DNA from: Octopus sinensis
Lineage: Eukaryota
NCBI RefSeq assembly: GCF_006345805.1
Contig: NC_042997.1
Location: 199,888,001 to 199,952,000, forward strand
Length of the DNA stretch: 64,000 bases
Direction: 5' to 3'
A program made the position numbers and the translations under genes. Below are positions 24,685 to 37,535 of the stretch, piece by piece. The first letter of the stretch is position 1. The number at the start of each line of letters is the position of its first letter. The notes beneath the pieces are model-generated. The model was not told where the DNA came from. It saw nothing but the letters and a program-made list of their open reading frames with translations, and did no database searches.

Positions 24685-25070
24685 AGTGGAGGTGCAATGG
24701 CCCAATTGTTAGGGCAGTGGACTCATGGTCGTAGGATCGCGGTTTTGATTCCCAGACCAGGCATTGTGTTTATTGAGCAAAAAACACCTAAAGCTCCACA
24801 AGGCTCTAGCAGCAGGTGATAGTAAATCCCGCTTATACTCTTTCACCACAACTTTCTCTCACTCTTTCTTCCTGTTTCTGTTGTACCCGTTTTTCAAAGG
24901 GTCAGCCTTGTCACACTCTGTCATGCTGAATGTCCCCGAGAACTATGTTAAGGTTACACGTGTCTGTGGAATGCTCAGCCACTTGCATGTTAATTTTATG
25001 AGCACACTGTTCCTTTGATCAGATCAACTGGAACCCTCGTCATTATAACCAATGGAGTGCCGTAGTAGTA
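24685..25070 (+). mobile_element. SINE family 2, near full length
   Basis: tRNA-like head with GATTCCC B box; body shared with 23862-24110. Confidence 0.8.
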
Positions 25071-26342
25071 ATTCTTGTTATACATAACTTGCTTCCTGCT
25101 GAGTTTTCTTTTCAAACACTGAATATTCAGGAAATCTCCTCAGGGCTCAATTCTTTCTGCTAAACATTTACTTACAAACTAAACAAGATATTAACAGTAC
25201 TAACACTACAACAAATCTCAATCTTTCAGTAAGAGAAAAAAATTATAGCTTACATCCTTTCTTCCTAGATTCATTTAAGAAAGATTTAACAAAAATTTTA
25301 ATTTGTTAATGCATAAATTTAACCCACTCAAACCCGGGTCCTAACATCTAACTTTACCCTCCATCTGAGCTGAGTAGAAAATTAAATAGTTGCATTTACA
25401 GCTCAAGAGTAATGATCACAGGCAAACTATCAGACAGAATAACAAAATAATTGCAGAGAATAACAATAATAGGCCTAACTCTCAATCACAATATTTGTTC
25501 ATTGCAGGCAAACTAACGGACAGAATCACAAAACTTTTCAGGAAAATAACAATTATAGGGCTAACCACAAAGGGTGGGTGTTACTGTAGCTTTTAGCCCC
25601 AGGAGATCATCGTCTCCAGCTGGCTTTAGGCTTTGTGGTTAGCTATATTGAGATGGCTATTATACTTTACTTTGTCCAGCGGTTACTATTTACATCTCGT
25701 TCAGAGATTTATTATAACAATTATAGGCCCATCTCTCAACTACTGTATTTGTTCAACTAACTAAATTGCTACTTTCCTCATCACTTTCACCACTTTGAAT
25801 GTCCAAAACACTCCCATTGCTGGTATAAGTGTAAACTCTTTGTCCAAAGAATAAATATCATCAATAATTTCTTCAACTGTAAAGATTCTAGGCCTTGCTC
25901 GTTTACAAAACAAAGTATTGGGATCATCACATGCTTGTTTCATTGCAAAAGAAGCATTTTTTCAATAAAAGCAAAAGTAAACAACAGATACAGGGGATGC
26001 CATTAACAATAAGTCATAAACGCACTTGCGTAGAATGTTGCAACATGATTGGTTGTCTATTTTGAGTAATTTATCTTCTCTTTCCAGAGTGTGTTTTTCA
26101 TTACCACTTTAATGGGCATCCAGTAGAGATTACAATTAGGCTATTCCCATTGTAGTAGGAGCACACTGCAGTAAGGTTAAGCATTTGAAAACTGACATCC
26201 ATATAATGCGTAAATATTTCACATTATAATTATTCTTTTTAATAATGTATGGAATGTATGCAAATTACTGATTGACTGCCACATTCTGCAACAAAGACAG
26301 GTAGGCAGGCATGCATGCATACATACATACATACATACATAC

Positions 26343-26880
26343 ATGGTGGCTGCCCCCTCATTATCGAGTATGGCCATTGCACGAAGCTTAATCAATGTTG
26401 TTATCATGCAATGCCTGTGCAAGAAGATTTTTTTTAAAGTGAGGAAAGGCTGTGCACTGAGTCAATCCCACTCACTAAGCAACAGCTGCCATAATCCAAA
26501 AAGAAGAACAAGTCAACATCATCAGTAACCACTGAGCCGCTGGTTTTATGTCGGAGTATTCCCAGTTACTTGAGTTACCTTCTCCTAGAAGGATGCCCTA
26601 ATAAAGGCTAGGAGTCCTTCACTCCCAATGGTTTAACCACACGATCGGGTATTCAGTCCAATTATTTCTATGTCCCCGCGCATGATACAGCCTTAAGACA
26701 TTTATTGGATGGCCGTTGACTCTCAAGAGTTTCTCCGCCCTTTCATGGGTTTTGTTTTCCATCCAGCAGGGTATCCAATAAACACCCTCCTCACCAAGCA
26801 AGCTTGGTGGGGTTGCCAGTTTAGTCGCCAACGACCCGACCATGCAACAGGTTGTACTGGGTTACATGTTACCAGTAGCA
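26343..26880 (-). mobile_element. Short non-autonomous RTE-derived element, copy 1
   Basis: About 540 bp; RTE-like 5' UTR (GGCGACTAA..CTAGGAGAAGGTAACTC) joined to a 3' end followed by a (GTAT)n tail. Confidence 0.7.
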
Positions 26881-27623
26881 TACATACATACGGACAGACA
26901 TACATAACATACATACACACATACATACATACGGTATATGTAACACACTGGGATATATAACACACTGCCTAACTACCAATCTTGAGAAATTAGGCTTCTC
27001 AAAACCAGAAAGGACAAAGCTAATTCAAACACTACAAATCCAATCCTATCCACTGGAACTGTAAAAATCTGTAAAACTTTCCAGAAGTTTGTCATTGAAT
27101 ATATACAAGTGTATCCAGATATGCAACTATATGCATGAGAATACATACATAAAACATACAAATCTGCACATACATGCATATAAACAAAAACATCATTGTC
27201 AATGTTAAAATTCCAATGAAGGAACCTTGGATCTAGGTTAGAAACTGGTTCTTTCTCTATTGGCAAGAAATCTTGAAATAAGCTGAATAATGACATACAT
27301 ATCCAGGCACCTATAAACACATTTCATTTAATACACCTGAGCCATGACAGCTCCATTTTCAACAGAAAAGTTCTTTCATCTCCCATATATATTTTTCATT
27401 TTGATATTCCAAGCTGGTAATGCTAAATTAGTCCAGAGTTATTTTATACTTTGCTGGTGTATTTTGAAATATTTTATGATACGACAGCAAATGGTAACAA
27501 AAGTAATAACGGACAAACCAAAGTACTGAACAGATTCAAATTTCTGATTTGGAATTTTAACTAATTCTGATATAGTTAAGTCAGACAGCAATTTATAAAA
27601 TGAAGTTTTGTATGCATATATGT

Positions 27624-28148
27624 ATGGTGGCTGCCTCCTCGTTATCGAGTATGACCATTGCATAATGTTGTTATCGTGCAATGCCTGTGCAAGAAGATTT
27701 TTTTTAAAGTGAGGAAAGGCTGTGCACTGAGTCAATCCCACTCACTAAGCAACAGCAGCCATAATCCAAAGAGAAGAACAAGTCAACATCATCGGTAACC
27801 ACTGAGCCGCAGGTTTTGTCGGAGTTATCCCAGTTACCCGAGTTACCTTCTCCTAGAAGGATGCCCTAACAAAGGCTAGGAGTCCTTCATTCCCAATGGT
27901 CTAACCGCGTGATCGAGTATTCAGTCCGATTATTTCTATGTCCCCGCGCATGATACATCCTTAAGACATTTATTGGATGGCTGTTGACTCTCAAGAGTTT
28001 CTCCGCCCTTTGACGGGTTTTGTTTTTCATCCCGCAGGGTGTCCAATAAACACCCTCCTCACCAAGCAAGCTTGGTGGGGTTGCCGGTTTAGTCGCCGAC
28101 GACTCGACCATGCAACAGGTTGTACTGGGTTACATGTTACCAGTAGCA
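27624..28148 (-). mobile_element. Short non-autonomous RTE-derived element, copy 2
   Basis: Colinear with 26343-26880, roughly 90% identical by eye, same two ends. Confidence 0.7.
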
Positions 28149-29142
28149 CTCAAAAGTGACCTGACACATATATGTATATATACATATGTATACACACACA
28201 CACACAAGCATATCATAAAGAGTTATAACCAACAGATATCAACCATTCAAAAAACCAATGGAAACAGTTTCCTTGGTTCAATCAGAAGGTCAAGTACCAC
28301 AATATTATGGTCTACCTTAAAATGTAGTTTACCGACTCGAAAACATCAGCAAAAGAATTATAGCAAATACTAAATTCAAAATTTTGGATATTTCAGAAAC
28401 AGATTTCAGTCACATCTATGCTCAAATAATTTTTACTTTTATTAACAAGTGTCGATGGCACTTATTGCTGCCGCTGCTGAGTAGTTCAAATCAGCTCTGC
28501 CACTTTCACAGAGGCAGCTAACTGTGACTCAAGTACAGATGGTACACCCTTAAATACATATCAAATATATGAAGAATTAACTCAAGTCAACTTTCAATAT
28601 GTGATTAAACTTTTGACATACTGTTATGTCTTTAATGCAGAAATGTTACCCCATACTACAGATAGTTATCAACTTGCTGAGGGAAATTTGGTTTATAAAA
28701 ATAATGGTTTCATAATGAATCAAAATCTGTTGATGTTTTTTTACTGCAAAAGAACTAAACATTTTTTTTTTATTATTACAAAAAAAAAATGCATTTCTTT
28801 TATTTTCTAATGACATCAATGCTTACTTACCACCATGAACAGTGTGCTGGTAGTATTTTGATGTTTAATACTGTAGCACAGTGAACACAAACAGTATTTT
28901 CTGAGCAAGTAAATAAATGTATGACTAACTGTAGCATTAAAAATACTAATGCTACTATTCAGAAACATCTGAATTTTTTCTAAACTTTTACAGTGCTTAT
29001 CACTTGTTTTATTTTCAGAAGATAAAAGTAAGGAAAACTATTATACAGGAATTCAAAGATTTTTCCAAAAGGTTGAATATCATAATCAAAACTTTCTGAT
29101 GTTTTGTTTTGCCAAAACACATACACACACAATGCACATACA

Positions 29143-29421
<279 letters not shown>

Positions 29422-29524
29422 AATAAACATTTTCTAAAACATTATTTGAAGATCACAGAGATTATTGATATTAGTTTGTATGGATCATAATAATTATTTA
29501 CAAAACATAACAAAATATTGAAAT

Positions 29525-32140
29525 ATATTTCACGTTTTTGTCAAACTGGTGAGAGTGATGGGGTTGATAGTCAACAACTGCAGGATTAACAAGAAAAGAA
29601 TTCCAGAATACTGAGTTTTGGAAAGGCTGCTTAGTGTGACACCTGGGGTAAAATTTGAGTAGCAGTGGCATGTAACTAACAATCTCCGAGATGCAGAAAT
29701 GGTAGTGGCAATGATAGAAAAGAGTGACAAGACAATGCCTTTGTATAATTGACAATGAAGTGTATTAGTGATTCCTTGTCTATCAGTCAGATGGCTTTGT
29801 CTATAATGTGAGGGACACTTAATATATGCAGCAGCAATATTGAGCAGAGATGATCATTATCCCATTGTGAGTTTCACTTGAGCTTTATAAAACATCAGCA
29901 ACTGATCAGAACCCAAGTACTTTCTGGTTTCAAAAGAAGAATACAGATTTGATTATGCTATGAGTGTGAGGGGGATCGCCAGATGGAATCATTAGTGATT
30001 TTTCAGACATAATACTAGAAGCAACAATTATGTTTTGTGTGTTGTCTAAGATTCTATATGTCGTATACCAGACTGTTTCCATGATGTATGCAGTAATTGT
30101 GTCATTATAAAGAGACATCGTATCGTAGGAAAATATACTTGAAGGATTTGTTCATAGAGGCAGCACAGATTTAACATGAGCTGCCTATGTTGCATGTGAT
30201 TGATGCTTGTTTGAGAAAGATTAATGATGAGTAGCAAGTGTTACCATCTGTCTTGGTATGCGTAGTGTCAGGTGGAAACAAGTTTGTTAATATGCAAAAT
30301 GAAGATTGTGAATGTACATTTTCAAACCTTCACTACAAAAGAGTCAAAAGAATGGGAGAGAGAGAGTTCTATCAATGCTCCCTACACTGATGGGATCTTC
30401 CAAAAATGAGAGACAAAAGAACCCATAGTCCAGATTCCCATGTCAGACACAGTCAAATACTTTGCTGATGTCAAAAGCAACATAATTTTTTAAGGAACTT
30501 TTCTAAGAGGAGAAAACTCTGATGATTGATATAGGGTGGTATAGCTTTATGGAAGAATTTGTGTGAAAGGAATTTGAGCAAATAATTGGAAGCAAATTCA
30601 ATGAAGAACTTAACATATATGTTAAAGTAAACCTCGGCTCTTACCTTATTCTCATTAAATTAATTCTAATTCTTGATGTAACAACAGTTTTAGAAATGAA
30701 TGTCCATAGAAACTGTGACAAGGTGATGATCTAGTCATGTCAAACAATATTCTTGATCTGACAAGGGTTAAGGTCAGCACGGAAAAGACCAAGACACTAA
30801 TTCAAATAATATTGTAATTTGCCAGAAACCTTGCATTATGCATAAATGAGATTCTTGCAAAAACCTTTGAGCTATGCAGACAAGAAACAAAATATGTAAG
30901 ATGATGTCAAGGAATGAAAACAAAGAGAAAAGATATTATATTACCATATATAGGTTGTTTAATGATCATATAATATTTTAGGAAAGAAAACTTATTTTCA
31001 GCTAGAAGAAACAATTTGGAGGAATGTTTTGTCAACTGGCAAGCCATTTAAATATGATGAAGAGGGAAATGTTACCCAAAATATTCTTAACCCTTCACCT
31101 GCATTGCTGCAACAATTATTTGTAAATATTTATCTCATTTACTAATTAAAATAGAGATATGAAACAAAATCCCCAGGACATCAGTAAAATGCAATACGTA
31201 AGCAAAGGAAATGCAAGACTTCATTATTGTTCACTCAGAGGAGCAGTTGACTCTCGGACATACTGACAGAGAACTAGTCATTTGATGCACTGCTTTTTTA
31301 GTGACATCAATAGACAGCTGCTAGCTGTGGTGGTGTGCTCTAATTTCAATGAAATTGTGCTGGTGACTGTAGTTAACATTAAACTGAAAGAATAATTTCT
31401 CTGAATTGTCATTTCTATTGGGATCAAAAGGTTTTGTTCACTGTAGAAAGAATCATATGAAGGAGTATGATGTAGTATTGAATGAAAATGTTGCAGAGAA
31501 ATGAGGTGGTATGATGAGCTGAATTTACAGTTTGCCAAGTTGCACAAAAATCAGGGAATGAGGTGAGAAAATAGTTGGACACAGCTGATATAGAGTGCAG
31601 AAGCAGCTGCATCATTAAGGCGAAATAACATAAAAGCATGACACCCCCCCCCCCCGGCCGACCTCCAGCTTGGTAAAGGATTATGATGTACTGATAGTGA
31701 AATGTCTTTGAGAGAGAAAGAGCACAGAAAATAGGAAAAAAAGTGATGAGGTTAAGTCTCAAGATGATAGTCCATATTAATGAGGAGATAAATAGCAAAA
31801 TGTACAGTGCAGATAGAAATAAAATACGCCAGTATGGAAAAAATGTATGTTCAAATAATAATGATAATAATAATAATAAAAATGATCATTATTATTATTA
31901 CCATCATTATCAGTGAAATATTTTTAAATGTTGGAAAAGTTCAGATGTTTATCAACAAAATAGATATTAGAAAAGAATATTTTTCAAATGAACCAGATGA
32001 CATGTTAATAGAATACTTTCTGTTCAATAAAAGAGATTATTGCTATCCTTTCATCTGAACATTGTAAAATGGGAAAATGACAGAAATAGTGACGACATTA
32101 GAAGATGCTGAGAATTATCCCAAAGAGAGTCCTCAATGAA
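29525..32140 (+). pseudogene. Decayed coding-like sequence of unknown origin, block B (possible RdRp-like)
   Basis: Frameshifted protein-like frames; LGSYL at 30633, QGDD at 30719-30730, KVSTEKT at 30770-30790; ISEIFLNVGKVQMFINKIDIRKEYFSNEPDDMLIEYF near 31910-32020. Confidence 0.4.
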
Positions 32141-32995
32141 AATTGTATTAAACTAAAAGAAAAGTATAAGTATTCTAAGTATAAATAAATATTTTTATGT
32201 TTATTAATTTGTTTTGAAAGATTTCTGATTTGAAATCATGTGTTGAAACACATACTGTTTTATGGTCTTTTTTTTTTGCCAAATAAACACACCCACTATA
32301 TTTTTTTTCTTCACTAATTTATTACTGTTTTTATTTTATTATTATAACTCATGCTCATTGCCTGGAAATCTTTCGTCACACATCTGTGACCTCTTCAGTG
32401 ACACTTTTCTTTTTTGTGTGATGAAAGATTTCCAGACAATGGACAGGAGTTAAAAATAAAAAATAAGAACAGTAATAAACGAGTAAAGAAAAAATATATA
32501 GTGTATGTATTTATTTGGCAAAAGAGAAAAAAAAAATGACAATCCCGAAATGCAACAATAAAGGAAAATATAGCATACCACTCTTTTAAAGGAAAGTAAA
32601 TATATTTAATCGGAGTTATATAGAAGTAGGCACTGTTCCTATCACTTCCACAGGCTCCTTGAGTAAAGAGGTTTTGATATACTTAACATGTCAATCTCAC
32701 TAGATTCACATACCACCTGTAGGAAAAACAAAGGTACAGAGGAAATTCCAGATAGCCAATGTTCTGGGGGAAGACGGATTGGGTGTTGTGCTGTAAAGAA
32801 GAATGACAATGAGTTTGGAAAATCTGAGTCTGGAACACTTGAGGAGGAAGGATGAGACCAGTCATTTTTTAAGAACAAAGGACATTGTAGTAACAATAGA
32901 AAAGGCAAAGAGGAAACAATACATATGGGCCAGAGGAGGGAATGTGTTGGTGAGTGGCCTTTTCTTGGGTGCGGTTGTCTACTCCTTATGCAGAA

Positions 32996-33790
32996 TCAGA
33001 CCACCTCATGGTGTCTGATGTAGCTTTTTAAACCAGACAATGTATTGAAAAGACACACACATAAATTGCATATCTGATCTGGATCACCAAGAGCCACAGT
33101 TAAGTTCTGATCTTTGTGGATCTTATAATATCTCTTGAGGCCTCCGTTAGATTTGCAGACCTTATGGCATACATGGCTTTGAAAGGTGTACACAGATATA
33201 TAGGCAGAGTATTTGGAGGAGGCTCGTTTTTCATGGGTCCAGAAATGAGATTTGAGCTCAGCAAAAGAAAGGCATGGTCTGTCACCAACTGTACACACAA
33301 AAAGGTCACTGAGATTCACCTTCTTGATCACAGCATACTTCTTTAAATCTCCCAAGTCTTGCATGTGCCATCTTGGCTTCCTCTAAAGCTTTCACTCCAA
33401 CACACTTTTGTTCACCATCCAGCTCAGTCCACAGCAAGGGTTTCTATGGCCTTTGGATCAATTCCAAGTGACTTCATGGTAGTCCTTATATCATTCTTAA
33501 ATCTCTTTTTAGATTTACACTGATTGCGTCTCCCCTCTGCAAGCTCACCATGAAACAGGTGTTTGGGGTCTGTCATGTGAACAATATGGCTGGATCATCT
33601 CCTCTGATTTTTCAGAATCATTGATTTAATTGAAGTGATGCCTGCAGATGCAAAGACATCTGTGTTTGGAGTTAACAAAGCCCCATTTAATGGTTAAAAT
33701 GCAGCAAAGGCATTTTTGGTAAACTGTTCTAGCTATTTGAAATATCTTTTATAACATATCCATGTTTCAGAAGAATACCACAGGGATGGA
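32996..33790 (-). mobile_element. RTE-BovB-like LINE ORF2 3' fragment
   Basis: WYSSETWICY..PKHLFHGELAEGRRNQCKSKKRFKNDI, then two C2H2-like fingers in ORF 32996-33364. Confidence 0.8.
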
Positions 33791-33819
33791 AAGACAAACG
33801 ATTTGTAAAGACCAAATTT

Positions 33820-33867
<48 letters not shown>

Positions 33868-33888
33868 AGCATCACCATTTTAAATGTA

Positions 33889-34687
33889 GGAGCAGTGCTA
33901 CACGGCGTTGCCCGGGTATGTAAGAGCCCCTAGTAGGCAACAACTAATCCCAATCAAGTCCTTTCCCTCTAGGGAACGAAGGCGCACGTGTAGGTTGCAA
34001 TGTCTTCTCTTCACTCCCAAATAACTATCAAACAGCTATCAATAATTCAACCCAACCAATTCCTACCAGGAAGAAATTACATTCGCGACTTTACCCCCAA
34101 CACCGCCACTTCTGTTAATAGCTGCTGCAGCCGCAAGTTATTCGAATACTTTTTTTGTTTACACTTTCTTTATAACTACCACCCCAAACGTTTTACCTTA
34201 AATTTTTGACGTACCCTAAGGGTCCTCGGACGCTACTTGCAAACTCTTGGTTTATTATAAACCGCTTTTGTCGTGTGCATCTAAAAACCTTTTCCATTTG
34301 TTTGTTCAGTTTGGTCACTTAAGACTTTTTCGTTGTTGTCACTCACATTGCTGCCCACTTTTTTGCCGTTTTTGTACATTTTTATACATTTTGGGATAAT
34401 TACCCCACGTGTTCCGAGAGTTAAAAATGTCGAGTTGCGTCCCCTAGACAGTCTGTAGAAAATGTGTTGCATATAAAAAGCTTAGATTCTCGACCCATGT
34501 TGAATTTATCAATTTTTTTTCAGAACTGGGGGAACTTTTCAAAATTTTCGCTGCGTTAGTTTTGAATTATGACATTGGGCTACGTGTGTGTCAAGTTTCA
34601 TCAGAATTGGTTGAAAGCCGTGGTCAGGGTGAGGGTACAACCTGACAGACACACAGACAGACAAACTGCCGTTTATATATAGAGAGA
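33889..34687 (-). mobile_element. Non-autonomous Helitron
   Basis: Minus-strand 5' A|TCTCTCTATATATAAACGG; 3' hairpin CCCGGGCAACGCCGTG with a degraded CTAG. Confidence 0.8.
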
Positions 34688-35541
34688 TTAACAGTTGTTG
34701 GGGATTTGAGTTTTCTCTGGCCAATTTTTGTGATGCGGTCTTTGCTATACACAGAATGTATATATCTAAACAAGAAATCCTCAGTGATGGTGAGGCCTAT
34801 CACTTGTTCTGGCACCATGCTATCCATGTTCAAAGTTGTTTTTGTTTTTTTATAGTATGTGTATGTACCTTGGTGTTTTCAAGATGTTTATATAGGAAGC
34901 TTGAGGGCAGAAGGTTAAGGAGTAATGAAGTAGATATCTACATGGTAATGGTTGCAAGTAAACTACAAAGAAAGCAGGAGATAAAACTAAACATGGGGGC
35001 ACACCAGTATTGACAGAGTGTGGGTCAGAATGAGCTCCATCAGCACACACTGTGATGGAACAATCTGACAGGAAGCCATTGATACAAAAAACAGCTGGTG
35101 CCCCAAGATGAGGCTCATGTGCCAGACACACTTTTCACCAAATTTCTTATGAGAGGGAACCTACTGATCAGTGACAGTCTGCATCATTTTTGAAATGTTA
35201 AAAGTGATGATAAGTGAACCTAATGAAGTTAAAAACATAGCTTTGGGGATTTAGTTAGGATGTGCTGTGTGGAGTTAGCACATAACAAGCAGTAAATATG
35301 TAGGCTTTCTCTGTGAGAATGGCTCCTCAAACTATTATGGCTGAGAAGTGTAGAAGTCACTTAAATAGCAACTTTAATCCCCAATGTAGTGTTGTTACTT
35401 ACTGTATAGGTTTTAGAATAATGAATGTAAAGTCAACTTTGGCAGGATTTGAAAGTGGAAATGTATTATATTTCACATCATTAAACTCTAGATCACTGCC
35501 AAAACTGTGATATAACCACACACAAAAAAAATCAACAGAAA

Positions 35542-36075
35542 TCTCTCTCTATATAAACGGCAGTTTGTCTGTGTGTGTTTCTGTGTGTCTGTTTTCTCGT
35601 ACCCTCACCCTGACCACGGCTTTCAACCGATTCTGATGAAACTTGACACACACATAGCCCAATGTCATAATTCAAAACTAACGCAGCGAAAATTTTGAAA
35701 AGTTCCCCCAGTTCTGAAAAAAATCGATAAATTCGACATGGGGTCGAGAATAAAAAAAAACAAACCACAGACCGATTCTGATGAAACTTGACACACACAT
35801 AGCCCAATGTCATAATTCAAAACTAACGCAGCGAAAATTTTGAAAAGTTCCCCCAGTTCTGAAAAAAATCGATAAATTCGACATGGGGTCGAGAATAAAA
35901 AAAAACAAACCACAGACTGTCTAGGGGACGCAACTCAACCTTTTATTACTCTCAAAAAAAAAAATTTACCATCATTTTTTTCCCATTTTTTGGCTATTTT
36001 TTGGCTATAACTCTCTAAAAATGCTTTATAGTTATTTCCCTTACAAACCTGAGCAACGCCGGGCGATACTGCTAG
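35542..36075 (+). mobile_element. Non-autonomous Helitron
   Basis: 5' A|TC, 3' hairpin CCTGAGCAACGCCGGG followed by CTAG|T; internal 145-bp tandem duplication. Confidence 0.9.
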
Positions 36076-36147
36076 TATCCTATAAAGCAGATCAACTTGA
36101 AAATCAATGAAAATAAGAGTTGTCTATGTTATTCTATAACATTGTAG

Positions 36148-36300
36148 TGAAAGCACGTGGTTTAGTGGTTAGGGTATTCAGCTCACAATCCTAAGGTTGT
36201 GAGTTCGATTCCTGCCTGTGCATTGTGTCCCTGAGCAAGAAACTATTTCACATTGCTCCAGTCCACTCATCTGGCAAAAACCAGCCCTGTCACAACCAGC
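36148..36300 (+). mobile_element. SINE family 2 (5' part)
   Basis: GTGGTTTAGTGGTTAGGG A box, GAGTTCGATTCC B box. Confidence 0.75.
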
Positions 36301-37188
36301 AGAATGTCAGTTACAAGATACTGTTGTAAGTGTTGTGTTTAGTGTAAGCCTTTATGTTTGACTAAGTTACTAATACAGCCACATTGTATTTCAAAGTACC
36401 AAAACTGAAAAGGTTTTCATAGCTAAATATTTTTGAAGTAACAATTCTTCCAAAGAATTTATAACATAATTTTTTGAGAAGTGCTATTCCTCAAAGTATA
36501 TGATTAAAACACTATAAGACAAGGAAGAGCTAAAAGAGAATAATAGGAAAGCAGAATGAGAAAAAAATTTGAAAAATATGGAAGGAAAATTGCTACATTA
36601 CTTTCATAAATCAAGTTTAAACCCCAGGGATTGAACTTGTGCAACTGTTCAATGTTTTATGTCATGTGAATCACATGTTACGCATACAGAAATCTCCATA
36701 GAAACAAAAGCGTAATTTCACTGCAAGTGTTTCAAGTATATGACAATATAAAAATGGTTACGTTGAATATTAAAAATAACAATAGTAATGCAAGTAGATT
36801 TATGCATGAAACTAAAACTAAAGCAAAAATGAGCTGGATAACATTTTTTTTTCTACTCATGAACTTAATTCATTGACAAGGTTCCATCAGATGCTTCAAC
36901 AGATAAGCATTAGATACAGTAGTTACTGCTTTGCCAATCTCACAAAGAGATATAGATTGCTGTTGCATAAACTAATCAGCACTGCTTAAGGAGACTAATG
37001 ATATGGAGGTAGCCAAGTGAAAACTTGAGAGCAACCTGCAGATTAAGAAATCTGGTTTATACAAGTATCAGATGATATCTAAAGAATCATTTGTAGTAAA
37101 TATTCAATATTTCAGAAATGTTGTAACACATCATTTTATTTATATACTAGCAGTATAACCCGTCATTGATCAGTCACATTCGAAGTGT

Positions 37189-37190
<2 letters not shown>

Positions 37191-37264
<74 letters not shown>
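37191..37264. repeat. (TA)n(GA)n microsatellite
   Basis: Directly visible. Confidence 0.97.
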
Positions 37265-37269
<5 letters not shown>

Positions 37270-37384
37270 CTCCTCCTGTATGTGTGTGTAGAAAAAAAGA
37301 GCAATTTCATACGCGAACTTGTGTTTGTTTATTATATGACAATAATAGGTGAGTTGTATCTGTTATTTTATATATCAATACAGT

Positions 37385-37535
37385 AATGGCAATTATATAA
37401 TACACATTGCTTTGGTTGGCACAGAGCTGTAATGAAAGAGAATTGCCCAAAGTGCTGCACAGTGGGACTGAACCTAAGCTGACATGGTTGGAAAGCAAGC
37501 TTCTCAACCACAGAGCCATGCCTATAGAGGAGAGA
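37385..37535 (-). mobile_element. SINE family 1 head
   Basis: Reverse complement of the head: GTGGGACTGAACC..AAGCAAGCTTCT..CCACAGAGCCATGCC. Confidence 0.8.
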
